Positions 48,484 through 58,049 are shown, counted from the first letter of the stretch. The stretch: 64,000 nucleotides of DNA from Candidatus Aminicenantes bacterium (GCA_011049545.1 DRHQ01000080.1:6679-70678); one strand, 5' to 3'. The notes: generated by a model not told the origin, from the letters alone. Numbers and translations: made by a program.

Positions 48484-48558
48484 GTCATTGCGAGCGAAGC
48501 GAAGCAATCTCATGAAGAAAGGTTGAGATTGCCACGTCGCTACACTCCTCGCAATGAC
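48484..48558. repeat. Family E inverted pair (GTCATTGCGAGCGAAGCGAAGCAATCTC ... GAGATTGCCACGTCGCTACACTCCTCGCAATGAC)
   Basis: Two arms 13 nt apart between xseB and ispA. Related copies lie at 14604, 27125, 31457 and 32104. Confidence 0.85.
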
Positions 48559-48636
48559 AATAGTTGGTTCGCTCGTCGCATGGATGAAAGCGCTGCATAT
48601 GTCAATGACATTAAAAACGGAGCCTGGCCCCATTTT

Positions 48637-48978
48637 TTAAAAGGGAAGGTCTTCATCCTTTTCTGGCTCGGGGGATTCTTCATCTTTTCCAGAATCTGAT
48701 GATTCTTCTTCCTCTTCTTCCTCCTTCTTTTCTTCTGAAGGCGCCGCTTCTTCTTTCCCGAGTTCAAAGGGTTTTTCTTTGACCTCTCCTTTTTCATCCT
48801 TGAGGAGAATCTCGACTTTTTTCTCAGCTTTCTCGAGTTCTTCCCTTAAAAATCTTGCCAGCTTGACTCCTTTCTCAAAAAGAGCCAGTGACTCACTTAA
48901 AGAAAACCCTCCTTTCTCTAATTTTTCCACGATCTTTTCCAAGTCTTCTAAGGCTTTCTCAAAGCTAAGGGTAGCCAT
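48637..48978 (-). CDS. xseB: Exodeoxyribonuclease VII small subunit with long acidic C-terminal tail
   Basis: LSFEKALEDLEKIVEKLEKGGFSLSESLALFEKGVKL. ATG 48978 (GGAG RBS) is preferred over the listed 48999. Confidence 0.85.
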   Translation of the reverse strand: MATLSFEKALEDLEKIVEKLEKGGFSLSESLALFEKGVKLARFLREELEKAEKKVEILLKDEKGEVKEKPFELGKEEAAPSEEKKEEEEEEESSDSGKDEESPEPEKDEDLPF

Positions 48979-49078
48979 TTTTTCTCCTTTTTTTGTCATA
49001 AGTTCATATAAGATATAATAGAGACGTAGGGTATATTGGAGCCTGGCCCCATTTTTTTGTCCTTTTTTTCATAATTTT

Positions 49079-50407
49079 TCATTTTTTGCTAAGCCGGGAT
49101 TCGATGAGCTTCGCTCCATCTATTTTTTTAACCAGACAGCTGAATTCCCCCTTATAAAAGGAAACTGTCAATTCCTCCTCTTTTTTGACCTCTTCTATTT
49201 TGCGAATCAGATACTGGCCGCCATCTCTCCAGCAGAGAGCATAACCTTTTTTTAGTATATTCAGGGGACTCAGGTTATGCAACTGCGCAGAAAGCCTTTC
49301 CCACTGCGCCTGGAAACGCTGGAGCATCCCTCTTAAAGTGCCGCGCATCTTCTCTTCCATCAGGAAAGTCGCGGATTTGTCTTCTGAAATCTTTTGCCGC
49401 ATATCCCTGATGGTGTTCCAGGCTTTTGTCTCCAGGTCGTCCACCTTTTGTTCTAAATTCAATAGTTTTATTTTCATATTCTGAAAGGCTCTGTGCTGGG
49501 TAAGGCTAAACACCTGATGTCTTTGTTCTTGGAGGAAATATCTCTGGCAGTGGATCATTCTTTTCTCCAAGTTTTTGATTCGTTCCTCAAATGATTGTTC
49601 CTTCTCGATCAAAATCTCCGCCGCTGCAGAAGGAGTCGAGGCCCGGATGTCTGCCACAAAGTCAGCAATAGTATAATCAATCTCATGACCCACGGCTGAT
49701 ATTACAGGAACAGAACAGCTAAAAATGGACCGGGCAACCTTTTCCTCATTGAAAGCCCAGAGATCTTCTATTGATCCTCCTCCTCGACCGACAATGATGA
49801 CATCGATACCGGGAAGGCGGCTTAAATAATCTATCCCTTCGACAATCTCGTCCGCTGCTCCCTCTCCCTGAACTCTGACAGGATAGACAAGTATATGGAG
49901 CCGGGCAAACCTTCTCTCAATCGTCCTGAGGATATCGACTATGGCTGCTCCCCTCGGGGAAGTGACGATCCCCACTTTTTTGGGGAGAAGCGGAAGTTTC
50001 TTTTTAAACTTGGGATCGAAGAGGCCTTCTTTCTTTAACTTCTCCCTGAGCTGCTCAAAGGCCAGCTGGAGCGCACCTTTGCCCTTGGGCTCAATCACCT
50101 CAACCAAAAGCTGGTATTCCCCTCTGGGTTCATAGACATTAATCTGTCCCCGGCAGACAAGCTGGAGCCCATCCTCCAACTCAAAAGGAACTTTTTGGGC
50201 CATAGAGCGAAACATGACTGAGCGAAGCTGGCTTCGCTCATCTTTCAACGTGAAATATAGATGACCTGATTGGTGGCGGTAGAAGTTGGATATCTCCCCT
50301 TCCACCCACAACAACGGGAATGCACTCTCCAGCTCCTGCTTGATCATCCGCGTAACTTCAGAAACAGCATAAATCTTGTCTGGCTTTACGAGACTGTTAA
50401 TCTCCAC
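49079..50407 (-). CDS. xseA: Exodeoxyribonuclease VII large subunit
   Basis: OB-fold N-terminus (VSEVTRMIKQELE..WVEGEISNF) and a catalytic/coiled region. Confidence 0.9.
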   Translation of the reverse strand: MEINSLVKPDKIYAVSEVTRMIKQELESAFPLLWVEGEISNFYRHQSGHLYFTLKDERSQLRSVMFRSMAQKVPFELEDGLQLVCRGQINVYEPRGEYQLLVEVIEPKGKGALQLAFEQLREKLKKEGLFDPKFKKKLPLLPKKVGIVTSPRGAAIVDILRTIERRFARLHILVYPVRVQGEGAADEIVEGIDYLSRLPGIDVIIVGRGGGSIEDLWAFNEEKVARSIFSCSVPVISAVGHEIDYTIADFVADIRASTPSAAAEILIEKEQSFEERIKNLEKRMIHCQRYFLQEQRHQVFSLTQHRAFQNMKIKLLNLEQKVDDLETKAWNTIRDMRQKISEDKSATFLMEEKMRGTLRGMLQRFQAQWERLSAQLHNLSPLNILKKGYALCWRDGGQYLIRKIEEVKKEEELTVSFYKGEFSCLVKKIDGAKLIESRLSKK

Positions 50408-51200
50408 TTTCTTCCCCGGTTATGATTTCCCTGCAGATGGAAAGAGCTTTCCCTGTCTTTGGATCGACCTCAACAACGACAGCAGAGAGGAATACTCCCT
50501 CCTTTTCCAGCTCAAAGCGCTGAGGCCGACCGGTGAGGAATCTTTTTATAGATTGGTCCCTGCGGATCCCGATTATAGAATTGTAGCCACCGACCATCCC
50601 AACATCAGTGATATAAGCCGTTCCCTGGGGAAGGATTCTCTCATCAGCGGTGGGAACATGGGTATGGCTTCCTATGACGGCTGAAACTTTCCCGTCCAGA
50701 TACCAGCCCATTGCCTGCTTTTCTGAAGTGGCCTCAGCATGAAAATCAACAACTATTACTGGAGTAGAAGCTCTGAGGCTCTTGAGTTCTTCATCAGCAG
50801 TTCTGAAGGGACAATCTAGCGGTTCCATAAAGACTCTTCCTTGAAGATTCAAGACGCCGATTTTTCCCTTCCCCCTTGTCTCAAAGACGTATGCCCCTTT
50901 TCCTGGATTTTTAGGTGGATAATTAGCAGGTCGAAGGAGTTTCGGCTCTTGATCCAGATAATCGTGCGCTTCCTTCTTATCCCAGATATGATTTCCTGAA
51001 GTCAAAACATCAATCTCGCTCAATAGCTCCTCTGCCACCTTCTCTGTAATCCCCAATCCTCCAGCAGCATTTTCACCGTTGGCAATGATGATGGAAGGAG
51101 AATACTTCTTGACAACAGGACGCAAATATTTCGCCAATACTCTACGTCCTGGACGGCCGATTACATCACCTAAAAACAGAATGCTAATCTTATCGGGCAT
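50397..51200 (-). CDS. ymdB: YmdB-type metallophosphoesterase (2',3'-cyclic-nucleotide phosphodiesterase family)
   Basis: [13 protein letters not shown] and [15 protein letters not shown]. Confidence 0.85.
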   Translation of the reverse strand: MPDKISILFLGDVIGRPGRRVLAKYLRPVVKKYSPSIIIANGENAAGGLGITEKVAEELLSEIDVLTSGNHIWDKKEAHDYLDQEPKLLRPANYPPKNPGKGAYVFETRGKGKIGVLNLQGRVFMEPLDCPFRTADEELKSLRASTPVIVVDFHAEATSEKQAMGWYLDGKVSAVIGSHTHVPTADERILPQGTAYITDVGMVGGYNSIIGIRRDQSIKRFLTGRPQRFELEKEGVFLSAVVVEVDPKTGKALSICREIITGEESGD

Positions 51201-52752
51201 ATTCCACAGCTCTCGTCTCGCGTATAACCGTTACTTTTATCTGTCCTGGATAGTCCAGCTCTTCCTTTATTTTTTGGGCAATCTCTTTGGCTATTACCGT
51301 TGCCTTTTCATCAGAGATCCTATGACTTTCTACGATAATTCTTATCTCACGACCTGCCTGGAGGGCAAAGGACTTGGAAACTCCTTCGTAAGAATTGGCT
51401 ATTCCTTCGAGTTTCTCCAGTCTCTTGACGTAGGCCTCCAGAATCTCACGGCGTGCACCAGGCCGTGCTGCTGAAAGAGTGTCCGCCGCCTGGACTAATA
51501 CCGCTTCTATGGAAGGAAAATCAATATCACGATGATGGGAAGCAATGGCCTGTACGACAGCCTCAGATTCTCCGTACTTCTTGGTAAGTTCGACACTCAA
51601 TTCTGTGTGAGTTCCTTCGATTTCTTTATCCACTGCCTTTCCTATGTCATGGAGAAGTCCTGCTCTCAAGGCAATGTCTGAATTCAGCCCCAGCTCTTTA
51701 GCCATTAAAGTTGCTAAATAGGCAACTTCTTTGGAATGCTGGAGGACATTCTGACCATAGCTTGTCCGGAATTTCAACCTGCCCAGAAGTTTAACGAGTT
51801 CAGGATGAACATTCTGAACCCTGAGCTCCAAGACTGTGGTTTCTCCTTCCTGTTTGGTTGTCTCCTCCAATTCTGCCTTTACTGTCTCCACTACCTCTTC
51901 AATACGGGCAGGATGAATTCTTCCGTCGATAACCAGCTTTTCGATTGCCAGGCGGGCTAACTCTCGACGAATTGGATCGAAACTTGAGAGAATGATTGCC
52001 CCAGGAGTATCGTCGACTATGATATCAACATTTGTCGCCATTTCAAGGGTACGAATGTTTCGGCCTTCTCTTCCGATGATCCGGCCCTTCATATCATCAG
52101 AAGGAAGGTCAACCACAGAAACCGTTGTTGCTACCACATGTTCGGCCGCTGAGTGCTGAATAGCTTGACTCATTATCTCGCAAGCAAGAACCTTGCTTTT
52201 CTCCTTGGTCTCTTCTTCAATCCGCCGGATTGTCTGAACAGCCTCGAGCTTGGCTTCTTGCTCCATCTTATTCATCAGTATGTTTTTTGCTCCCTCCTGA
52301 GTCAATCCTGATATCCTTTCCAATTCTTCCGATTCTTTTCTGACCAATTCTTCATACTTATTCTTTTCTTCCGTAATTTCCCTTTCTTTTGAGTGAAGCC
52401 TTTGCTCTTTAGATGAAACTTCCTTTTCTTTTCTTTCTAAGCCCTGAAACCTGCGCTCGAGATTTTCATCTTTTTGCATAAGCCTTCTTTCCATATCATT
52501 GAGTTTTCTGCGTCCATCGTGAGTCTGCCTCTCAAAATCAGCCTTGAGGTTCAGAAGCTTCTCTTTGGCTTCTATAGAAGCTTCACGCCTTATCTTCTCT
52601 GCATCTTCCTTTGCCCCCTCTCTGATATCCTTGGCCTCCTGACTAGCCTTAAATATAGACTTTTTCCCAGAAGTCTTTTTGATCAAGATAAAAATAACTG
52701 ATCCAAATAAAACAACGCAGGCTCCAACAATTATAAATGGAGCTAAATTCAC
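51190..52752 (-). CDS. rny: Ribonuclease Y
   Basis: N-terminal TM, coiled-coil, KH ([12 protein letters not shown]) and HD (LLHDIGKA). GTG 52752 with a GGAGG RBS is preferred over the listed TTG 52767. Confidence 0.9.
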   Translation of the reverse strand: MNLAPFIIVGACVVLFGSVIFILIKKTSGKKSIFKASQEAKDIREGAKEDAEKIRREASIEAKEKLLNLKADFERQTHDGRRKLNDMERRLMQKDENLERRFQGLERKEKEVSSKEQRLHSKEREITEEKNKYEELVRKESEELERISGLTQEGAKNILMNKMEQEAKLEAVQTIRRIEEETKEKSKVLACEIMSQAIQHSAAEHVVATTVSVVDLPSDDMKGRIIGREGRNIRTLEMATNVDIIVDDTPGAIILSSFDPIRRELARLAIEKLVIDGRIHPARIEEVVETVKAELEETTKQEGETTVLELRVQNVHPELVKLLGRLKFRTSYGQNVLQHSKEVAYLATLMAKELGLNSDIALRAGLLHDIGKAVDKEIEGTHTELSVELTKKYGESEAVVQAIASHHRDIDFPSIEAVLVQAADTLSAARPGARREILEAYVKRLEKLEGIANSYEGVSKSFALQAGREIRIIVESHRISDEKATVIAKEIAQKIKEELDYPGQIKVTVIRETRAVEYAR

Positions 52753-52992
52753 TTTGATCACCTCCAAATTAACTTAATCAAAGGAGATGAAAGTAAGGAG
52801 GGTTATAAAAGAAATTCTCTTTCAGTTCGAAAACAAAGAGGAAACCCAAGGGAGCGAAAATTTAAGAATCGGCACTCTTCCCCGCTAAAAAAGAGAAGAA
52901 TTTCAGGGAAAATGAAAGGCCTGAATTTTCCTCTCTGCAGTTTTAGACTCTCCCTCAGCTCAACCATGGACTTTCGAGCTTTAATCTTAATT

Positions 52993-53322
52993 TTATTTAG
53001 TGGCTTCCTCAATATTTTTGTATGTATTCTCATCTTTCAATAGATAATCCTCCAAACTTTCTACTTTACTCTCCATATGACCGATAACTTCATTCAGTTG
53101 ATCTAATTTTTTTCGGGATAAAAAACATTCGTCAGCAATGTTCAACGATGCCAGGACCGAGATTTTTAATGAATCCACAGATTTTGATTTAACAGCAACT
53201 TCACGCATTTTTTGATCAACATAAGAAGTAAGACGGCCTATATATTTTTCATCCTCTTCTCCTTTGACTCTTATCCTGTATTTTTGTCCATAAATTTCGA
53301 TCTCTATTACTTTGTCACTCAT
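52993..53322 (-). CDS. zapA: Cell division protein ZapA
   Basis: IEIYGQKYRIRVKGEEDEKYIGRLTSYVDQKMREV...VLASLNIADE. Confidence 0.8.
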   Translation of the reverse strand: MSDKVIEIEIYGQKYRIRVKGEEDEKYIGRLTSYVDQKMREVAVKSKSVDSLKISVLASLNIADECFLSRKKLDQLNEVIGHMESKVESLEDYLLKDENTYKNIEEATK

Positions 53323-53579
53323 ATTCCAACCTGGTCTATCTGGTCTAATATTGTCTCTATCTTTTCTTTCATGACCTTCCTATCCTGCGCGTATCTCTTC
53401 AGATCCTCATCAAGTTTATCTGTTCTCTTTACCTGATCCTCAAAATCCTTTTTCTCCGTTTTCAACTCTTTTACCTGCTGCTTCAGCTTCTCATTCTCTT
53501 TTAGAAGCTTATTTATATAATCAACAACTTGAGTAACCTTACTTTCAAGTATCTTAATCCTTTCTAATTCGCTTGTCAA
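53319..53579 (-). CDS. ZapB-like coiled-coil protein
   Basis: 86-aa heptad-rich protein translationally coupled to zapA. Call rests on position and composition only. Confidence 0.4.
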   Translation of the reverse strand: MTSELERIKILESKVTQVVDYINKLLKENEKLKQQVKELKTEKKDFEDQVKRTDKLDEDLKRYAQDRKVMKEKIETILDQIDQVGI

Positions 53580-55629
53580 TTTTCCCTCCTTTTCTTAATT
53601 GAAATTTGAATCTCGTAACTAAGGCATTAATGATTTTCTCCTGAAGAGTATCTACTTCTTTAGCTAATAATGTCCTCTGAGGATGGCGAAAAACAAAACG
53701 AAGAGATAAGCTGATTTTACCGTGTGGAATCGATGATCCTGAAAAACGGTCATGAGGCTCAAACTCCATCAGGTACGGGATGGCAAGCTTCTCCACAACT
53801 TCCTTTATATCTTGATAAAGCACGCTTCGGCTAGAAATAAAAGAAACATCTCGAGTGATGCTGGGGAATCTATCCACTGGAGTGAACTCGAAAGAATAAG
53901 GTTGCTTCTCGAATAACAGGGCCAGGTTCAATTCAGCTGCCCAGACGGGTTCTTTAAAGGAGTAGGAATCGAGAAGATTTTTTTTGAGCAGCCCACAATA
54001 ACCAACCGTTTCCTCTTTGAAAATCATAGCGAGAGAATACCCCTGCTCGAAGAAGGCATGGTCTTCTTCCTTAAAGGAAAAAGGTTCGTACCTTGAGTAC
54101 ACCATAAGAGATTCCAATGCTCCTTTAATGCGGAAAAAGTCAGTATTTTCGCTCTTTCCATGCCATTGGACCGGGCCCACCAGACCTGTTGTTGCCAGGG
54201 CAAGCGATAGCTGTTCTCTATTGGTCTCATTTTGCCAAAAATAAACGTTTCCAACCTCAAAGAGATGAATACCTTCGGCACCTCTATTTTTGTTCCAGAC
54301 AATATTCTCCAGCAATCCTCCCAGGAGTGTTGTCCTGAGGAGTGACGCCTTCGAAGAAATAGGATTTCTGATTTCTATGGCCTTTTGCCCGGTTTGGAGC
54401 CTGGCTTCTTTTTCAGGATCAGAAAAACTGAAATTGAGAACCTCATCAAAACCATTGTAGAAAAGAAGCTGCCGAAATTTATTGATTCTCTCTCTTTTCT
54501 GATCCACTGGGAGTTCCAACACTTTGAGAGGCGGGAGAGAGGCAGGAATCTTATCATATCCATAAAAACGTGTAATCTCTTCAATAAGGTCCGCTTCCCT
54601 TTCTACATCGACCCTGAATTGAGGAATTTTAACCTGCCATACTCCTTTTTGCTGGACTTCAGCCTGGAAGCCAAGTCTGGCGAGAGTTCGCACGGCAAAC
54701 TCCTCATCAATCTCCAGCCCAAGGAGATCAGAAATACGATGGTGGCGTAAGACGACTGTTTTTTCCTTTCTAGGCTCAGGATAGACATCTAAAATGCCCT
54801 TAGAAGCTTTGCCCCCTAATTGAGTCAGCAAAGAGGCTGCCATTAAAGCGGCCTGAGGGGGAAAAGAAATATCAGCTCCCCTCTCAAATCGGTATGAAGC
54901 ATCCGTCGAAATCCCTGTTTTCTTGCTGGTTTTCCGTATAGATACTGGGTCAAAACAGGCGCTTTCTATAAAAACATCCTGAGTGCTCTCCTTAACAGAG
55001 GACTCCTCCCCGCCTATGATTCCGGCCAGGGCTATGGGCTTTTCCTCATCGGCAATCACCAGCATCTCTGTGGTAAGAGAAATATCACTGTTTTCCAAAC
55101 CTCTTAGTACTTCTGCATCTTTTGCTTTCCGGATTATGATTTTTCTGCCAGAAATCTTGGCCAAATCAAAAGCATGAATAGGATGAGCAGTCGCGAAGAG
55201 GACATAATTGGTCACATCAACAACGTTGTTGATAGGCTTTAAGCCCACAGCTTCAATCCTCTTCCTCAACCATTCAGGGGAAGGGCCAACCTGTATTCCT
55301 TTGATAACCATACCGCTATAACGAGGACAAAGTTCATTATCCCAGATTCGGATATCAGCAAGGTCAGACGTCTTTTGTTCAATCTCCGTCAGTGGCCATT
55401 TCTGCTCCTTAATGCCCAGTTCAAGCGCTGCAGCTAATTCCCGGGCAACTCCCAGGTGTCCGAGAGTATCAGGACGGTTGGCGTAGGTCTCGATGTCCAA
55501 TATGACATCTGAACTTTTCTCTTCCCAATCCTCCACCATTAATCCAATCATATTTAGCTTTTCGATCAATACAGGAAGAGAAAGATCCAGCTCGATATAA
55601 TCCTTTAGCCAATTCAAACTTATTATCAT
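53554..55629 (-). CDS. pheT: Phenylalanine--tRNA ligase beta subunit (no N-terminal OB tRNA-binding domain)
   Basis: MIISLNWLKDYI, B3/4 (VVDVTNYVLFATAHPIHAFD), B5, and a C-terminal FDX-ACB region. Confidence 0.9.
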   Translation of the reverse strand: MIISLNWLKDYIELDLSLPVLIEKLNMIGLMVEDWEEKSSDVILDIETYANRPDTLGHLGVARELAAALELGIKEQKWPLTEIEQKTSDLADIRIWDNELCPRYSGMVIKGIQVGPSPEWLRKRIEAVGLKPINNVVDVTNYVLFATAHPIHAFDLAKISGRKIIIRKAKDAEVLRGLENSDISLTTEMLVIADEEKPIALAGIIGGEESSVKESTQDVFIESACFDPVSIRKTSKKTGISTDASYRFERGADISFPPQAALMAASLLTQLGGKASKGILDVYPEPRKEKTVVLRHHRISDLLGLEIDEEFAVRTLARLGFQAEVQQKGVWQVKIPQFRVDVEREADLIEEITRFYGYDKIPASLPPLKVLELPVDQKRERINKFRQLLFYNGFDEVLNFSFSDPEKEARLQTGQKAIEIRNPISSKASLLRTTLLGGLLENIVWNKNRGAEGIHLFEVGNVYFWQNETNREQLSLALATTGLVGPVQWHGKSENTDFFRIKGALESLMVYSRYEPFSFKEEDHAFFEQGYSLAMIFKEETVGYCGLLKKNLLDSYSFKEPVWAAELNLALLFEKQPYSFEFTPVDRFPSITRDVSFISSRSVLYQDIKEVVEKLAIPYLMEFEPHDRFSGSSIPHGKISLSLRFVFRHPQRTLLAKEVDTLQEKIINALVTRFKFQLRKGGKIDKRIRKD

Positions 55630-56678
55630 TTTAAAGTGAACTGCCTTGTGAACCTTAAATCATTCTCATAAAAAAATCTCATGTCAGGGATCTGGAAAGC
55701 AGACATGGCGGTCCTGTCTATTCCCAAGCCAAAAGCGAATCCAGAATATTCCTCAGGGTCGATGTTGACGTTCTTTAAAACCTGAGGGTCCACCATACCA
55801 GAACCTAAAATTTCTATCCATCCATTCCCTCCGCAAACTCGACATTTTTCATTTTTGCCTCCACAGACAGTACATTCGATGTCAATCTCAGCCGATGGCT
55901 CGGTAAAAGGAAAAAAGCTCGGCCGAAACCTTATTTTAATTTTTTCGTGAAAAAGGATTTTGAGAAAATGCTCCAACGTTCCTTTTAAATGGGCAAAAGT
56001 GATGCCTTTGTCTACAACAAGCCCTTCAACCTGGTAGAACATGGGAAGATGGGTTGGATCGGGTGTTTCCCTCCGGAAGACTTTGCCAGGGGTAATTATC
56101 CTGATGGGGGGTTTCCGCTTTTCCATAGCTCGTATTTGGACAGGAGAGGTGTGAGTGCGGAGAAGCAAGTCATCCGTTATATAAAGAGTATCCCAGTCAT
56201 CTCGAGCAGGGTGATGAGGGGGGAAATTTAAAGCTTCGAAATTATAATAATCTGTTTCAATTTCAGGACCATCTTCGATGGAATAGCCCATGGCTATGAA
56301 TATATTCTCAATCTCCTGCTGAAAAAGCACGATAGGATGAGGAGACCCCCAATATTCCTTTTTCCCGGGGAGGGTAAGGTCAATTTTTCCAGAGCTTGCC
56401 TTAAGAACTGCGGATTCTTTCTTGATGACCTTAAGTTCTCCTCGAGCTCTAATTTTCTCCTGGATATGTATTTTCAGATCATTGACTATTTGACCAAATG
56501 CGGCCTTCTCTTCCGGCTTGAGTGTTTTAAGCTCATCAAAAAGAAGCTTCAGCTCTCCTCGCTTCCGACTCATAAAGGCATTACGAACTTCCTGGAGGGA
56601 CTTTTCATCCTTCACATGAGATAGAGCTTTTTCAAATCTTTTTTTGTGTTCTTCTATCTTAGCCTTAAAATCTTTCAT
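55626..56678 (-). CDS. pheS: Phenylalanine--tRNA ligase alpha subunit
   Basis: HPARDDWDTLY, FRRE..D.TH and GFAFGLGIDR. Confidence 0.9.
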   Translation of the reverse strand: MKDFKAKIEEHKKRFEKALSHVKDEKSLQEVRNAFMSRKRGELKLLFDELKTLKPEEKAAFGQIVNDLKIHIQEKIRARGELKVIKKESAVLKASSGKIDLTLPGKKEYWGSPHPIVLFQQEIENIFIAMGYSIEDGPEIETDYYNFEALNFPPHHPARDDWDTLYITDDLLLRTHTSPVQIRAMEKRKPPIRIITPGKVFRRETPDPTHLPMFYQVEGLVVDKGITFAHLKGTLEHFLKILFHEKIKIRFRPSFFPFTEPSAEIDIECTVCGGKNEKCRVCGGNGWIEILGSGMVDPQVLKNVNIDPEEYSGFAFGLGIDRTAMSAFQIPDMRFFYENDLRFTRQFTLK

Positions 56679-56718
56679 ATATATGCACTCTTTTCCTTAA
56701 TAAAGGGGACAGAATAAA

Positions 56719-56866
56719 GGGGACAGGCTACTTTTTCTTGAAGAAAGCGGAAAAAGGAGACAGTCCCTATGGAACAAAAGGAACTGTTCCCATTTTTTTC
56801 TCGCCTTTACTTTTTGGAAAAATGGAGCCTGGCCCCATTTTTTATCTGAAAAAGTAGCCTGTCCCC
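56719..56866. mobile_element. MITE-like composite: family A inverted arms with a nested family B copy
   Basis: GGGGACAGGCTACTTTTT (56719) ... GGAGCCTGGCCCCATTTTTT (56824) ... AAAAAGTAGCCTGTCCCC (56849..56866), between pheS and rplT. Confidence 0.65.
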
Positions 56867-56880
56867 TTTTTCTATTTTTC

Positions 56881-57234
56881 TTATTTTGCATCCTTTACTT
56901 TTTGGACTATCTCGCAAAAAGCATGGGGAGAATTGACAGCTAGGTCTGCCAGGATCTTCCTGTCGAGTTCAACATTCAGCTCTTTCAGCCCATGGATAAA
57001 GCGGCTATAAGAGAGACCATTGTTCTCTGCCGCAGCTTTGATACGGATAATCCACAGCCGTCTAAAATCTCTCTTGCGAGTCCTTCTATCCCTGTAGGCA
57101 TAAAGAAGGGCTCTCTCCACCGCTTCTTTAGCTGTGCGGTAGTTACTACTCCGCGCTCCCCAATAACCCTTGGCCAATTTTAAAATCTTTGACCTTCTTC
57201 CTCTTTTTTTAGTGCCTCTTGTTACTCTGGGCAT
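56881..57234 (-). CDS. rplT: 50S ribosomal protein L20
   Basis: [26 protein letters not shown]. Confidence 0.95.
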   Translation of the reverse strand: MPRVTRGTKKRGRRSKILKLAKGYWGARSSNYRTAKEAVERALLYAYRDRRTRKRDFRRLWIIRIKAAAENNGLSYSRFIHGLKELNVELDRKILADLAVNSPHAFCEIVQKVKDAK

Positions 57235-57283
57235 TTTCTTCTCCTTGCAGTTTAAATCAGTATTGTTTTAGAGGGTTTATTCT

Positions 57284-57484
57284 CTAAGATTCGTAGGGAA
57301 GCATCTTTTTAATTTTTTTTCGATCTGGACTTTTAATAAGGGCCTGTTTCCCTAACTTCCTTTTTCTCTTTGCTGACTTCTTGGTTAGAAGATGGCTCTT
57401 ATAAGCCTTACTATGAAGTATCTTCTTTTTCCCTGTTACTTTGAACCTCTTTTTGGCTCCTCTGTGCGTTTTCAGTTTTGGCAT
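57284..57484 (-). CDS. rpmI: 50S ribosomal protein L35
   Basis: MPKLKTHRGAKKRFKVTGKKKI. Confidence 0.95.
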   Translation of the reverse strand: MPKLKTHRGAKKRFKVTGKKKILHSKAYKSHLLTKKSAKRKRKLGKQALIKSPDRKKIKKMLPYES

Positions 57485-58037
57485 CTTTTCCTCCTGTCTT
57501 TACGGGGCATAGCAGAGCTGAAACAGCCCAGCTTTGTCGTCGGGTAATTCCGTCTTGAAATCCAATTTCTTTGGTATCTTCGAAAACCCTGGTTAAAATC
57601 TGGACGGCCAACTCGGGTTTAGCTTTTTCTCTTCCTCTCATCATAACTCTTATTTTAACCTTGTTGCCATCGTTCAGGAATCTCTGGATATGCCGCATCT
57701 TGAAAGTGTAATCATGAATGCTAATTTTAGGCCTGAATTGCATCTCTTTGACTTGAATCTGCTTCTGGTGTTTCTTTGCCTCATGTTCTTTTTTATGTAA
57801 TTCATACAGAAACTTGCCATAATCCATAATTCGACATACGGGGGGAACTGCCTTAGGGGCAATCTCGACTAAATCCAAGCCTTTCTCCTTGGCAATAGAC
57901 ATAGCCTCCGCCACCGTCAGAATCCCCATTTGTTTTTTATCCTCATCAATCACCCTTATTTCATTCGCCTGTATCATTGCGTTTATCCTATGCGGCTTTC
58001 TGCTCCTTCTCACTGGATAAAATGTGCGCCTTCTAAT
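57411..58037 (-). CDS. infC: Translation initiation factor IF-3, probable AUU start
   Basis: RINAMIQANEIRVIDEDKKQMGI and the C-domain. An in-frame ATT (58037..58035) lies 6 nt after AGGAGG. The listed GTG 58013 has no RBS. Confidence 0.85.
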   Translation of the reverse strand: MRRRTFYPVRRSRKPHRINAMIQANEIRVIDEDKKQMGILTVAEAMSIAKEKGLDLVEIAPKAVPPVCRIMDYGKFLYELHKKEHEAKKHQKQIQVKEMQFRPKISIHDYTFKMRHIQRFLNDGNKVKIRVMMRGREKAKPELAVQILTRVFEDTKEIGFQDGITRRQSWAVSALLCPVKTGGKDAKTENAQRSQKEVQSNREKEDTS

Positions 58038-58049
58038 GATTGGCCTCCT

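Noticed and set aside
52803-53033. Listed 76-aa minus-strand ORF between rny and zapA.
   Set aside because: It overlaps the zapA 3' end, has no RBS, and covers a hairpin-rich gap that is better explained as non-coding.
56697-56891. Listed small ORFs at 56697..56891, 48424..48633, 48540..48797, 45472..45666, 40730..40978 and 61024..61311.
   Set aside because: Their sequences are translations of the dispersed repeats (..KRGQATF.., ..KKWGQAPF.., ..MRLLRFARND.., ..CRGLIHQAH..) and A/T runs. They have no RBS or independent support.
57411-57560. Possible frameshift at the 3' end of infC. A +1 frame would stop at 57500, 16 nt before the rpmI ATG, which looks like a tidier gene boundary.
   Set aside because: The listed frame gives ..SALLCPVKTGGK, which matches the usual IF-3 terminus (..LLAP.KK) better than the +1 frame (..LFQLCYAP). 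I keep the long ORF and report the overlap as an observation only.
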